This document shows, piece after piece, positions 49,845 through 58,954 of a stretch of DNA of 64,000 nucleotides. The notes under the pieces are model-generated. The model ran no database searches. It saw nothing but the letters and a program-made list of their open reading frames with translations, and was not told where the DNA came from. The stretch comes from an uncultured virus (IMG/VR IMGVR_UViG_3300048925_000594) (taxonomy: Duplodnaviria; Heunggongvirae; Uroviricota; Caudoviricetes): IMG/VR virus record IMGVR_UViG_3300048925_000594. One strand, written 5' to 3'. Position 1 is the first letter of the stretch. Every line of letters starts with the position of its first letter. Both the position numbers and the translations under genes were made by a program.

Positions 49845-51785
49845 ATGGAGCGGGTGTTAAGCATTGACATAGAGACATTTTCAGATGTGGATTTGATAAA
49901 GTGCGGGGTTTACGCTTATGTGGACAGCCCTGTTTTTGAAGTGCTTCTTTTAGCTTATTCTTTTGGCGGGGAAGAGGTGCGGATTGTGGATTTGGCGCAG
50001 GGGGAGGAGATGCCGGTGGAAGTGGTGGAAGCCCTGTTTGATGACAGTGTGATAAAGACGGCTTATAATGCTAATTTTGAGCGGACTTGTCTGAGTAAGC
50101 ATTTTGACAGACTGATTTCTCCGGCTTCCTGGTATTGCAGTGCAGTACAGGCGTCTATGCTTGCCCTGCCCCGCTCTTTGGAAGATGTGGGAGCCGTGCT
50201 GGGACTCGAAAGGCAGAAGATGAAGGAAGGGAAAGACTTAATCCGTTATTTTTGTGTGCCGTGCAAGCCGACTAAGGTTAATGGGGGAAGGACAAGGAAC
50301 CTTCCCTGCCACGCGCCGGAAAAGTGGGAATTGTTTAAAACGTATTGTAAGAGGGATGTGGAGGTTGAGAAGGCTGTCCGGCATAAGCTGCGGAATTATC
50401 CAATACCGGAATGTGAAATGGAGCTATACCGTCTCGATCAGGAAATTAATGACAGGGGGATTCTTGTGGACAGGAAGTTGGCAGAGAATGCGGTGGTCTG
50501 TGATTTGCTTTATAAAGATGTTGTGACAAGGCGGGCTTATGAATTGACCGGTCTTGAGAATCCCAACAGTGTGGCGCAGTTGAAGGGATGGCTGGAAGAG
50601 CAGGGAGTTAGGATTGGTAGTCTGTCGAAGAAGACGGTGGCGGATTTGATTGAAGAGACGGAAGGGGAAGTGAAGGAGCTTCTGCGGCTGCGGATTCTTA
50701 TGGCAAAGACTTCTGTCAAGAAATATGAAGCCATTGAGCGTTCTGTCTGTTCGGATGGCCGGGTTCATGGCTTACTGCAGTTTTATGGGGCCAACCGAAC
50801 CGGGCGGTGGGCCGGGAGGCTGGTACAGGTGCAGAATCTTCCCCAGAACCATATCGGGGATTTGGAGCTTGCAAGGAGCCTGGTGAAAGAAGGACGGTTT
50901 GAGGATCTGGAGTTGTTTTATGATTCTACGCCAAATGTGCTGTCGGAGCTGATTCGGACGGCATTTATTCCGAAGCTGGGATGCAGGTTTCTGGTGGCGG
51001 ATTTTTCTGCCATTGAAGCCCGTGTGCTGGCCTGGCTGTCTGGGGAACAGTGGCGGATGGCTGTGTTTGCTTCCCATGGAAAGATTTATGAGGCTTCTGC
51101 ATCGTCTATGTTTCATGTGCCGGTGGAGGAGATTACAAAGGGTAACCCGCTACGGCAGAAAGGCAAGATTTCAGAGCTGGCTTTGGGGTACGGTGGTTCA
51201 GTGGGTGCATTGATTTCTATGGGGGCTTTGGAAATGGGACTGATGGAGGAGGAGCTGGCTCCGCTGGTGTCTGCCTGGAGGAATGCCAATCCTCATATAA
51301 CCCAGTTTTGGTGGGAAGTGGATGCAGCGGCAATTAAGGCATTTACAGATAAGAAAAAGACGAAGGCCGGGAGAATTGTGTTTGAATATAAAAGCGGAAT
51401 TTTGTTTGTGGAGCTTCCTTCCGGCAGGCGCCTGGCTTATGTGAAACCGGGGATGGCGATGAATAGGTTTGGCAGGAACGGGCTGACTTATGACGGGATT
51501 GCGGAAAGCGGGAAATGGAGACGGATTGAAACCTATGGGCCGAAACTGGTGGAGAATATTGTGCAGGGAACGGCAAGGGATCTATTGGCGGAGGCAATGC
51601 TGCGGCTCAAAGAGCGGGGCTATCAGATTGTGATTCATGTCCATGATGAGGTGGTGCTAGAGGTGCCGGTGGGAGAAGGTTCTGTAGAGGAAGTGTGCGG
51701 CATTATGGCGGAACAGCCGGGGTGGGCAAAAGGACTGCCGCTCCGGGCGGATGGTTATGATTGTGCTTTTTATAAAAAGGAATAG
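49845..51785 (+). CDS. Phage family A DNA polymerase
   Basis: IDIET exonuclease motif, RTGRWAGR, ADFSAIEARV, RQKGK..EL..GYGG, HVHDE. Confidence 0.95.
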   Translation: MERVLSIDIETFSDVDLIKCGVYAYVDSPVFEVLLLAYSFGGEEVRIVDLAQGEEMPVEVVEALFDDSVIKTAYNANFERTCLSKHFDRLISPASWYCSAVQASMLALPRSLEDVGAVLGLERQKMKEGKDLIRYFCVPCKPTKVNGGRTRNLPCHAPEKWELFKTYCKRDVEVEKAVRHKLRNYPIPECEMELYRLDQEINDRGILVDRKLAENAVVCDLLYKDVVTRRAYELTGLENPNSVAQLKGWLEEQGVRIGSLSKKTVADLIEETEGEVKELLRLRILMAKTSVKKYEAIERSVCSDGRVHGLLQFYGANRTGRWAGRLVQVQNLPQNHIGDLELARSLVKEGRFEDLELFYDSTPNVLSELIRTAFIPKLGCRFLVADFSAIEARVLAWLSGEQWRMAVFASHGKIYEASASSMFHVPVEEITKGNPLRQKGKISELALGYGGSVGALISMGALEMGLMEEELAPLVSAWRNANPHITQFWWEVDAAAIKAFTDKKKTKAGRIVFEYKSGILFVELPSGRRLAYVKPGMAMNRFGRNGLTYDGIAESGKWRRIETYGPKLVENIVQGTARDLLAEAMLRLKERGYQIVIHVHDEVVLEVPVGEGSVEEVCGIMAEQPGWAKGLPLRADGYDCAFYKKE

Positions 51786-51796
51786 GAGGCCGGGCG

Positions 51797-54163
51797 ATGA
51801 AGTTATTTGTCTCAACAGGGAATTCCCGGATGGAGAAGCGGTGGAATGGCGTGGAGATGGAGCTGGAGGAATTTGTCCGGCGGATTTCTTCCACGATCCG
51901 TACTTCGGAGACTGTGGAGCAGTATAGGAAGCTGCCGAAGGCAAAGCAGGACGCTATTAAGGATGTAGGCGGTTTTGTGCTTGGAAAATTGAAAGGCGGC
52001 AGACGAAAGAAGGACTGTGTGGTGTTCCGTTCAGGGCTGACATTGGATATGGACTATGCCACAGAGGATGTGGCGGAGCAGCTGGAAATGCTTTATGGGT
52101 TCCGGTGCTTTCTTTATTCTACCCATAAGCATACGCCGGAGAAGCCCAGACTACGGCTGATTATCCCATTGTCCAGGTCAGTGACGCCGGATGAATATGC
52201 GGCGGTGGCAAGGAAAGTGGCGGCGGAGATTGGCATGGAGCTGTTCGATGATACCACTTATGAACCATCCCGTTTAATGTATTGGCCTTCCACTTCGGCG
52301 GATGGGGAGTTTGTGTTCCGGGAAATTGAAGGTACGGTGTTAGACCCTGATAAGGTGCTTGCAGAGTATGGGGACTGGTGGGATTCTTCCCAGTGGCCGG
52401 TGAGTAACAGACAGCAGGCAGTGGTACAAAGGGAGATAAAGAAACAGGCGGATCCGCTTGAAAAAGAGGGAGTGATTGGAGCTTTCTGCCGGACGTATTC
52501 CATGGAGGATGCCATCACTAATTTTCTGCCGGAGGTATACCAGATTAGTGCCATGCAGGGAAGGTTTGATTATATCCCGGCGGATTCCCAGGCGGGTGTG
52601 GTGATTTATGAGGGGAAGTTTGCTTACTCCCATCATGCCACGGACCCGGCCTGTGGAAAGCTGATGAATGCTTTTGACATGGTACGGATTCATAAGTTTG
52701 GAGAGCTGGATAAGAATACGGAGGAAAATACGGATGCAGTGAAGCTGCCGTCTTTTAAAGCGATGAGCGAGTTTGCGGTGGCGGATGAGCGGGTGAAACT
52801 GCAGCTGATGAGAGAAAGAGAGGAAGCAGCAAAGGAGGAGTTTAGTAAGGAGGACTGGAAGACGGCGCTGGAGCTGGACCGGCAGGGAAGGGTAAAGGAC
52901 AGTCTGGATAATCTGGTGCTGGCTGTCCGAAATGACGGGCGGCTGCAGTCTATTGCCTTTAATCTTCACAGGGATGGGATTGATGCCGGGGAGGGGCTGC
53001 CCTGGAAGCAGATTAAGCCGGGGTGGAATGATTCGGATTTTGCTTCCTTGAAAGTATATCTGAACCGGAAATATGGGATTTACACTCCATCAAAGACAAA
53101 GGATGCGCTGCTTGCAGTGGCTTCCGAGCGGGCATATCATCCGGTAAAGGAATATCTGGATAATCTGCCGGCGTGGGACGGGGTAAAACGGATGGATATG
53201 CTGCTTACGAATTATCTGGGCGCTGAGGATTCGGAGTATACCAGGGCGGTTATCCGTAAGACGCTGACAGCGGCAGTGGCGAGGATTTATCAGCCGGGAG
53301 CTAAGTTTGACAGCGTGCTGATATTGAACGGTCCACAGGGGATAGGGAAGTCCACTTTGTTTGCAAAGCTGGCAGGAGTGTGGTTCTCCGACAGCTTGAC
53401 ACTTACAGATATGCGGGATAAGTCGGGGCCGGAGAAGCTGCAGGGATATTGGATTCTGGAGCTGGGAGAACTGGCAGGAATGAAAAAGACTGATGTGGAG
53501 ACTGTAAAGTCATTTTTGTCCCGTGTGGATGATAAGTACCGTGCCAGTTATGGCCTGAATGTGGAGAGCCATCCGAGGCAGTGTGTGATTGTGGGAAGCA
53601 CGAATACAGAGAGTGGGTTTTTGCGGGATATTACCGGGAACCGCAGATTTTGGCCGGTATGGGTGAATGGACAGAGCGTTAAAAAGCCATGGCAGATCAC
53701 AGCGGAAGATGTGACGCAGGTATGGGCGGAAGCGGTAGCTGCTTTTAAGAATGGTGAGAAGCTGTTCCTGGAAGGGGATGTTGCGGCTATGGCAGCATCG
53801 GAGCAGGCAGAGGCCATGGAAACGGATGACAGGGAAGGATTGGTCCGGGCGTATCTGAATACTCTTTTGCCGGAGAATTGGGCTGCCATGAGTCTGTATG
53901 ACAGAAGAAATTTCCTGAACAGAAGTGAATTTGGCGGAGAAGCGCTGACGGGAAGTGTGCGGAGGATAACGGTCTGTAACATGGAAATCTGGTGTGAATG
54001 TTTTAGCAGGGATTCCTCCGCACTGAAAAAGATTGATTCCTATGAGATTAGTGGTATTATGCGAAAGATTGAGGGCTGGGAAAAGTATGGGGAAACAAAA
54101 AATGGAATGCTGGTTTTTCCTATCTATGGGAAACAGAGGGCATATGTCAGGGAACAAGATTGA
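51797..54163 (+). CDS. Primase-helicase, virulence-associated E (VirE) family
   Basis: LDMD, YSTHKH...PRLR primase-like N-terminus; GPQGIGKST, ELGEL, TGNRRFWP. Confidence 0.9.
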   Translation: MKLFVSTGNSRMEKRWNGVEMELEEFVRRISSTIRTSETVEQYRKLPKAKQDAIKDVGGFVLGKLKGGRRKKDCVVFRSGLTLDMDYATEDVAEQLEMLYGFRCFLYSTHKHTPEKPRLRLIIPLSRSVTPDEYAAVARKVAAEIGMELFDDTTYEPSRLMYWPSTSADGEFVFREIEGTVLDPDKVLAEYGDWWDSSQWPVSNRQQAVVQREIKKQADPLEKEGVIGAFCRTYSMEDAITNFLPEVYQISAMQGRFDYIPADSQAGVVIYEGKFAYSHHATDPACGKLMNAFDMVRIHKFGELDKNTEENTDAVKLPSFKAMSEFAVADERVKLQLMREREEAAKEEFSKEDWKTALELDRQGRVKDSLDNLVLAVRNDGRLQSIAFNLHRDGIDAGEGLPWKQIKPGWNDSDFASLKVYLNRKYGIYTPSKTKDALLAVASERAYHPVKEYLDNLPAWDGVKRMDMLLTNYLGAEDSEYTRAVIRKTLTAAVARIYQPGAKFDSVLILNGPQGIGKSTLFAKLAGVWFSDSLTLTDMRDKSGPEKLQGYWILELGELAGMKKTDVETVKSFLSRVDDKYRASYGLNVESHPRQCVIVGSTNTESGFLRDITGNRRFWPVWVNGQSVKKPWQITAEDVTQVWAEAVAAFKNGEKLFLEGDVAAMAASEQAEAMETDDREGLVRAYLNTLLPENWAAMSLYDRRNFLNRSEFGGEALTGSVRRITVCNMEIWCECFSRDSSALKKIDSYEISGIMRKIEGWEKYGETKNGMLVFPIYGKQRAYVREQD

Positions 54164-54177
54164 AAATCAGGGAAAAG

Positions 54178-54428
54178 TTGTTCCGGTTTTTGTTCCGGTA
54201 AAAATCGGGTGAAAGCTGGAACAAGCGGAACAACAATAGGGATTGTTCTTTGTATCGTTCTGAAAGGATAACCCAGGAAAATCAAGACTTGGTGACTACT
54301 TTGGAACAAGGGAACTAGAATTTCATATTGAAGTATGGAAATTAAGAATATAAACGGTTTGTGTATGTGTTATACGCGCATATAGGGAATATAGGAATTT
54401 ATGGTTCTTTGTTCCGGTTGTTCCTGAA
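54178..54428. repeat. Iteron-like TTGTTCC/GGAACAA repeats (candidate phage origin)
   Basis: TTGTTCCGGT at 54178, 54190, 54409; GGAACAA at 54218, 54227, 54303; non-coding gap after the primase-helicase. Confidence 0.55.
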
Positions 54429-54444
54429 AGAAAATGGAGACTGA

Positions 54445-54732
54445 ATGGGCATGAGGGAAAATGTGATTGAAAGACACTTTGCGATGGCGGTGAAAAAGAT
54501 GGGAGGCATAGCGGCTAAATTCGTGTCTCCCGGATTGGATGGAGTGCCGGACAGAATCGTATTATTGCCAGGAAAGAAGATTGCATTTGTGGAATTGAAG
54601 GCTCCGGGGAGAAAGCCCCGGCCTTTGCAGGAGAAACGGAAACGGCAGCTGGAGGAATTAGGATTTCCGGTTTATGTAATAGACGGGATGGAGCAGATTG
54701 GAGGTGTGCTGGATGAAGTACAGACCACATGA
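54445..54732 (+). CDS. VRR-NUC domain nuclease
   Basis: E..IE, GVPDRIVL, FVELKAPG, PLQ. Confidence 0.9.
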   Translation: MGMRENVIERHFAMAVKKMGGIAAKFVSPGLDGVPDRIVLLPGKKIAFVELKAPGRKPRPLQEKRKRQLEELGFPVYVIDGMEQIGGVLDEVQTT

Positions 54733-56080
54733 GTACCAGGATTATGCAAAGGAGTTCATCATCGGACAGAAGGTGAGTGCATTGTTCCTGGACTGCGGGC
54801 TTGGCAAGACGGTGATTGCACTGACGGCTATATGGGAACTGCTGCTGGATTATTTTGAGGTCAGGAGGGTTCTGGTGATTGCACCGCTGCGGGTGGCAAG
54901 GGATACCTGGACAGGGGAGCTGGAAAAATGGGAGCACCTTTCCGGGATTGAGATGTCAGCAGTCATTGGCTCAAAGAAGGAGCGGATAACAGCATTGAAC
55001 CGGAAAGCAAATGTATATGTGATTAACCGGGAGAATGTGGAATGGCTGGTTGAGCATTGCAGATGGGATTTTGACATGGTGGTGCTTGATGAGCTGTCCT
55101 CTTTTAAATCCCATAAGGCGAAAAGGTTTAAGGCACTGAAAAAAGTACGGCCCATGGTGAAGAGGATTGTGGGGCTGACCGGAACCCCGGCACCGAATGG
55201 GTTGATTGACCTGTGGGCAGAGATTGGGATTCTGGATATGGGACAGAGGCTTGGTAGGTTTATTGGCGGATACCGGGAAGGATTTTTTCTGCCTGATAAG
55301 CGGAGCAGGGAGATGATTTATTCTTATAAACCGAAGGAAGGAGCGGAAGAAGCAATTTACTGTCTGCTTTCGGATATCTGCATCAGCATGAAAGCAGTGG
55401 ATTACCTGGATATGCCGGAATGTATTTATAACCGGGTGGAAGTTTCCATGAGCGGGAAGGAGATGGAACTGTACCGGAAACTGGAGGTAGATATGCTGAT
55501 TCCTTATGAGGACGGTGATATAGATGCCAGGAACGCCGCCGGGTTATCCAATAAGCTGATGCAGATGGCGAATGGCGCAGTCTATGATGAGTATGGGGAT
55601 GTGAAGCATATCCATGACCGGAAGCTGGAAGCACTGGAGGATTTAGTGGAAGCGGCAAATGGGAAGCCTGTGTTGGTTGCCTACTGGTATAAGCATGACA
55701 GGGAGCGGATTCAGAAGCGGATAGGTGCCGTGGAACTGGATAAGGCGGCGGATATGAGAAAGTGGAATGCAGGAGAGATTCCGGTGGCAGTTATCCATCC
55801 GGCTTCCGCCGGACATGGATTGAATTTACAAGCAGGAGGTTCCACACTGATCTGGTTCGGGCTTACATGGTCACTGGAACTGTACCAGCAGATGAACGCA
55901 AGACTGTGGCGGCAGGGACAGAAGGATACGGTGGTGATTCATCATCTGATTGCCAGAGGTACGCTGGATGAAAGGGTGATGATGGCATTGGAGAAAAAGG
56001 ACTGCGGGCAGTCGGCTCTGGTGGATGCAGTAAGAGCGAGGATTGGAGGTGCGAAGGGTGAGAGCGGCAGAAATGTTTAA
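54713..56080 (+). CDS. SNF2-family helicase
   Basis: DCGLGKT, VLDELS, LTGTP, SAGHGLNLQ, Q..ARLWRQGQ. Confidence 0.92.
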   Translation: MKYRPHEYQDYAKEFIIGQKVSALFLDCGLGKTVIALTAIWELLLDYFEVRRVLVIAPLRVARDTWTGELEKWEHLSGIEMSAVIGSKKERITALNRKANVYVINRENVEWLVEHCRWDFDMVVLDELSSFKSHKAKRFKALKKVRPMVKRIVGLTGTPAPNGLIDLWAEIGILDMGQRLGRFIGGYREGFFLPDKRSREMIYSYKPKEGAEEAIYCLLSDICISMKAVDYLDMPECIYNRVEVSMSGKEMELYRKLEVDMLIPYEDGDIDARNAAGLSNKLMQMANGAVYDEYGDVKHIHDRKLEALEDLVEAANGKPVLVAYWYKHDRERIQKRIGAVELDKAADMRKWNAGEIPVAVIHPASAGHGLNLQAGGSTLIWFGLTWSLELYQQMNARLWRQGQKDTVVIHHLIARGTLDERVMMALEKKDCGQSALVDAVRARIGGAKGESGRNV

Positions 56081-56543
56081 GGAGTACCGGAAAATGAAAC
56101 AGGAGTGTATTGTGCTGGTATTTCAGATGCAGCACTTTGAGGGAATTTCCCACAGGGATGTGATTGAAACTATGAATTATTCCAGACACCAGGGTGACCG
56201 GGTGCAGACAAGCGGTACTTCGGATAAGACAGGTAAGGCGGCTATTCATTACCGTAAGGTGAAGGAGCGGCTGGATGATGATTGGTTTAATTCCCTTTTT
56301 GAACGGTATGAGTATCTGCAGGAGGAGATAGCATTCTTTGAATATGCCGTTGATAAGTTAGGCGATATGCTGCCGGAGTTCATAAGGGATTTAGTAATGG
56401 ACAGAATGGCGTGGGATGAGCTGATGATAAAGTACCGTGTCAGCCATTCTATGGTTGGAAAATATAGGAAGAAAGCAGAGAAGGAGCTGAATGAAATGTA
56501 TGAATTCCGTGATAAGCAGGAAGAGAATTACTTCTTAAGCTGA
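56058..56543 (+). CDS. Phage transcriptional regulator-like protein (RinA/ArpU position)
   Basis: RVQTSGTSDKT motif, C-terminal HTH-like segment; ends the replication module. Confidence 0.6.
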   Translation: MRAAEMFKEYRKMKQECIVLVFQMQHFEGISHRDVIETMNYSRHQGDRVQTSGTSDKTGKAAIHYRKVKERLDDDWFNSLFERYEYLQEEIAFFEYAVDKLGDMLPEFIRDLVMDRMAWDELMIKYRVSHSMVGKYRKKAEKELNEMYEFRDKQEENYFLS

Positions 56544-56736
56544 ATGGCAGACTGTTGGTAGACTAAGTGTAGCCTAAGAGTTGATTGATTTGAATATATT
56601 TCCGTGATAGTATTAAGCTGCGAAGAACTTTAGGAAGCTCTGTGGAATGAATCCATGGGGCTTTTTCTTTTGTCATCGTATGGGCAGGGACTTCATCCTT
56701 TCACCCTGTCTGTACATAAGAAGGGAGATGAGGACC

Positions 56737-57090
56737 GTGCCGGTGAAACCGAAGAAACCGTGCAGACATCCGGGATGTCCAAAGCTGACGTATGGGATTT
56801 ACTGTGATGAGCATGAAAAATTACACAGAGGAGACAGGGAGACATCTTCCGTGCGTGGATACGACAGCCGGTGGAGGAAAGCCAGAAGCCGGTTTTTAAA
56901 AGTACATCCGTTATGTGAGCGGTGCAGGAAACAGGAGAAACTGGTGAAAGCAACTGTGGTGGACCATATCGTGCCGCACCATGGGGATAAAAAGCTGTTT
57001 TGGGATGAGTCCAACTGGCAGGCGCTATGTGAGAGCTGTCATGACAGGAAGACTATGACAGAGGATAGATATCAGGAGTATCGTTATTAA
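56737..57090 (+). CDS. Terminase-associated HNH endonuclease
   Basis: PC..PGC, RGYD.RW, HPLC..C, VDHIVPH, NWQALC..CH..KT. Confidence 0.92.
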   Translation: MPVKPKKPCRHPGCPKLTYGIYCDEHEKLHRGDRETSSVRGYDSRWRKARSRFLKVHPLCERCRKQEKLVKATVVDHIVPHHGDKKLFWDESNWQALCESCHDRKTMTEDRYQEYRY

Positions 57091-57159
57091 TCAGGTTTTT
57101 AGAAAATTGTCCATGGGTTGTGTGCCCGTGGATTTTTATGTGGAGAGCTGTTGATGGGA

Positions 57160-57245
57160 GGGGCGGCGCAAATCTCCAGAACCCTGCACCTGGACACCGC
57201 CGCCCCCTAAGACGTAAATTTTCGCAGAAATTAGCAGGGGGGATA
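57160..57245. other. Candidate cos packaging region
   Basis: GC-rich inverted repeat GGGGCGGCG (57160-57168) / CGCCGCCCC (57198-57206) just after the HNH gene, the usual cos position in HNH/P27-terminase phages. Confidence 0.45.
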
Positions 57246-57400
57246 GGAAACGGGGCATCCCGTCATACATAAACGCAGGAACTTCAAGGCTTCCGGCAGA
57301 CAAAGTTCTGTCAGATAGCCATGTGATTCCTGCGTCTTTGGGCTGAGAAACTGCATGAAAAGGGCAGTTTTTTGGTTTTTTTTATTTGGAGGATGGAGAG

Positions 57401-57595
57401 ATGACGCAGGCACAGGCAGTGCAGATAGAAGCGCTGCGGGCACAGGGAATGGGATATAAAGCCATTGCTTCTGCAGTCGGCCTGTCCCGTGACATTGTGC
57501 GCAATTACTGTAAGGCGCATGGCATGGAAGGCTATGGGGAAGCGGCGGCGCTGAACCTGCAGACAAAAAGGAATGCCGGAGGGGCGGGTGCATGA
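57401..57595 (+). CDS. Small HTH protein, possibly truncated or frameshifted
   Basis: LRAQGMGYKAIASAVGLSRDIVRNYC HTH; overlaps the PAPS reductase ORF out of frame. Confidence 0.6.
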   Translation: MTQAQAVQIEALRAQGMGYKAIASAVGLSRDIVRNYCKAHGMEGYGEAAALNLQTKRNAGGAGA

Positions 57596-58391
57596 GGAAG
57601 GCAGAAAGGATAAGCTGTACGCTGCCTCTTTTTCCGGCGGGAAGGATTCCACGGCAATGGTGCTCCGGCTGATTGAGGAGCAGCAGCCGCTGGATTTGAT
57701 TTTGTTCTGTGACACGGGACTGGAATTCCCACAGATGTATGACCATTTACGGAAGGTGGAGAAGGCAGTCCCGGTTCCAGTGGTATGGCTGAAAGCGGAG
57801 CGGGATTTTGAATATTACATGTTTGATTACACGCCGGACAGGAGGCCGGGTTCCTCCTATATGGGGAAGACGGGAATGAGCTGGGCAGGCCCGAAGAACC
57901 GCTGGTGTACCAAACGGCTGAAAACACAGGTGATAGACCAGTACCTCTCCAGGCTGCGGAAAGAGTATGAGATTGTGCAGTATATCGGGATTGCGGCAGA
58001 TGAGCCACAGAGGGTGAGGGAGTTCTGCTATCCCTTGGTGGAATGGGGGATGACGGAGGAGGACTGCCTAGCCTACTGCTATGAGCGGGGGTATGACTGG
58101 GGCGGGCTTTATCGGCTGTTTGACCGGGTATCCTGCTGGTGCTGCCCCCTGCAGGGGCTGGAAGAGCTGCGGACCCTGCGCAGGGAATTTCCAAAGCTGT
58201 GGGCGCAGCTTCTGGAGTGGGAATCTAGAACATGGAGGAACTTCCGCAAGGATTTCTCTGTAGATGAGCTGGAGATAAGGTTTCAGTTTGAAGAGGAACG
58301 TCTCCGGGAAGGGAAGCGCATCCGGGGGAAGGAGTTTTTCCGGAAATTACATGGGAGGTTAGGCAGGGATGGAAAGAAAGCAAAAATATAA
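57573..58391 (+). CDS. Phosphoadenosine phosphosulfate (PAPS) reductase-family protein
   Basis: SFSGGKDS PP-loop, DTGLEFP, RWCT..LK, RVSCWCCP. Confidence 0.85.
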   Translation: MPEGRVHEEGRKDKLYAASFSGGKDSTAMVLRLIEEQQPLDLILFCDTGLEFPQMYDHLRKVEKAVPVPVVWLKAERDFEYYMFDYTPDRRPGSSYMGKTGMSWAGPKNRWCTKRLKTQVIDQYLSRLRKEYEIVQYIGIAADEPQRVREFCYPLVEWGMTEEDCLAYCYERGYDWGGLYRLFDRVSCWCCPLQGLEELRTLRREFPKLWAQLLEWESRTWRNFRKDFSVDELEIRFQFEEERLREGKRIRGKEFFRKLHGRLGRDGKKAKI

Positions 58392-58953
58392 CATCATTTA
58401 CGCCGATCCCCCATGGCGGTATGACAATAAAAAGGTACAGGGCGGGGCGGAAAAGCATTACGGAACTATGGCTGTGGAGCAGATTTGTGATCTGCCGGTG
58501 GAGGATATCTGTGCAAAAGACTGTACCCTTTTCTTATGGACTACATTTCCACAGCTTCCAGAGGCTCTGCGGGTTATGGATAGATGGGGGTTCCAGTATA
58601 AGACGGTGGCCTTTGTGTGGCTCAAACAGAACCGAAAATCCCCCGGCTGGTTTTACGGGCTGGGATTTTGGACAAGGGGAAATGCGGAAATATGCCTGCT
58701 TGGGGTGAAAGGCCGTCCGAAGCGCCGGTCTGCTTCCGTGCATCAGTTTATTATTTCCCCGCTTGAGGCTCACAGCAAGAAGCCGGATGAAGCAAGGGAG
58801 AAGATTGTGGAGCTTATGGGAGAGCTTCCCAGAGTGGAACTGTTTGCAAGGGGGCGTGTTCCCGGCTGGGAAGCATGGGGGAATGAGGTGGAAAGCACCG
58901 TCATTCTGGAAGCAGGCAGAAGCTGCGGAGAGAAAAACGGGGAGGCGGACTGA
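58369..58953 (+). CDS. MT-A70-family adenine methyltransferase
   Basis: IYADPPW, LFLW, WGF.YKT..FVW.K, HSKKP, ELFAR...GW..WGNE. Confidence 0.92.
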   Translation: MERKQKYNIIYADPPWRYDNKKVQGGAEKHYGTMAVEQICDLPVEDICAKDCTLFLWTTFPQLPEALRVMDRWGFQYKTVAFVWLKQNRKSPGWFYGLGFWTRGNAEICLLGVKGRPKRRSASVHQFIISPLEAHSKKPDEAREKIVELMGELPRVELFARGRVPGWEAWGNEVESTVILEAGRSCGEKNGEAD

Positions 58954-58954
58954 C

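Noticed and set aside
58763..58954. N-terminal extension of the C5 methyltransferase
   Set aside because: Overlaps the MT-A70 gene; motif I begins right after the ATG at 58955, which has a GGAGG RBS
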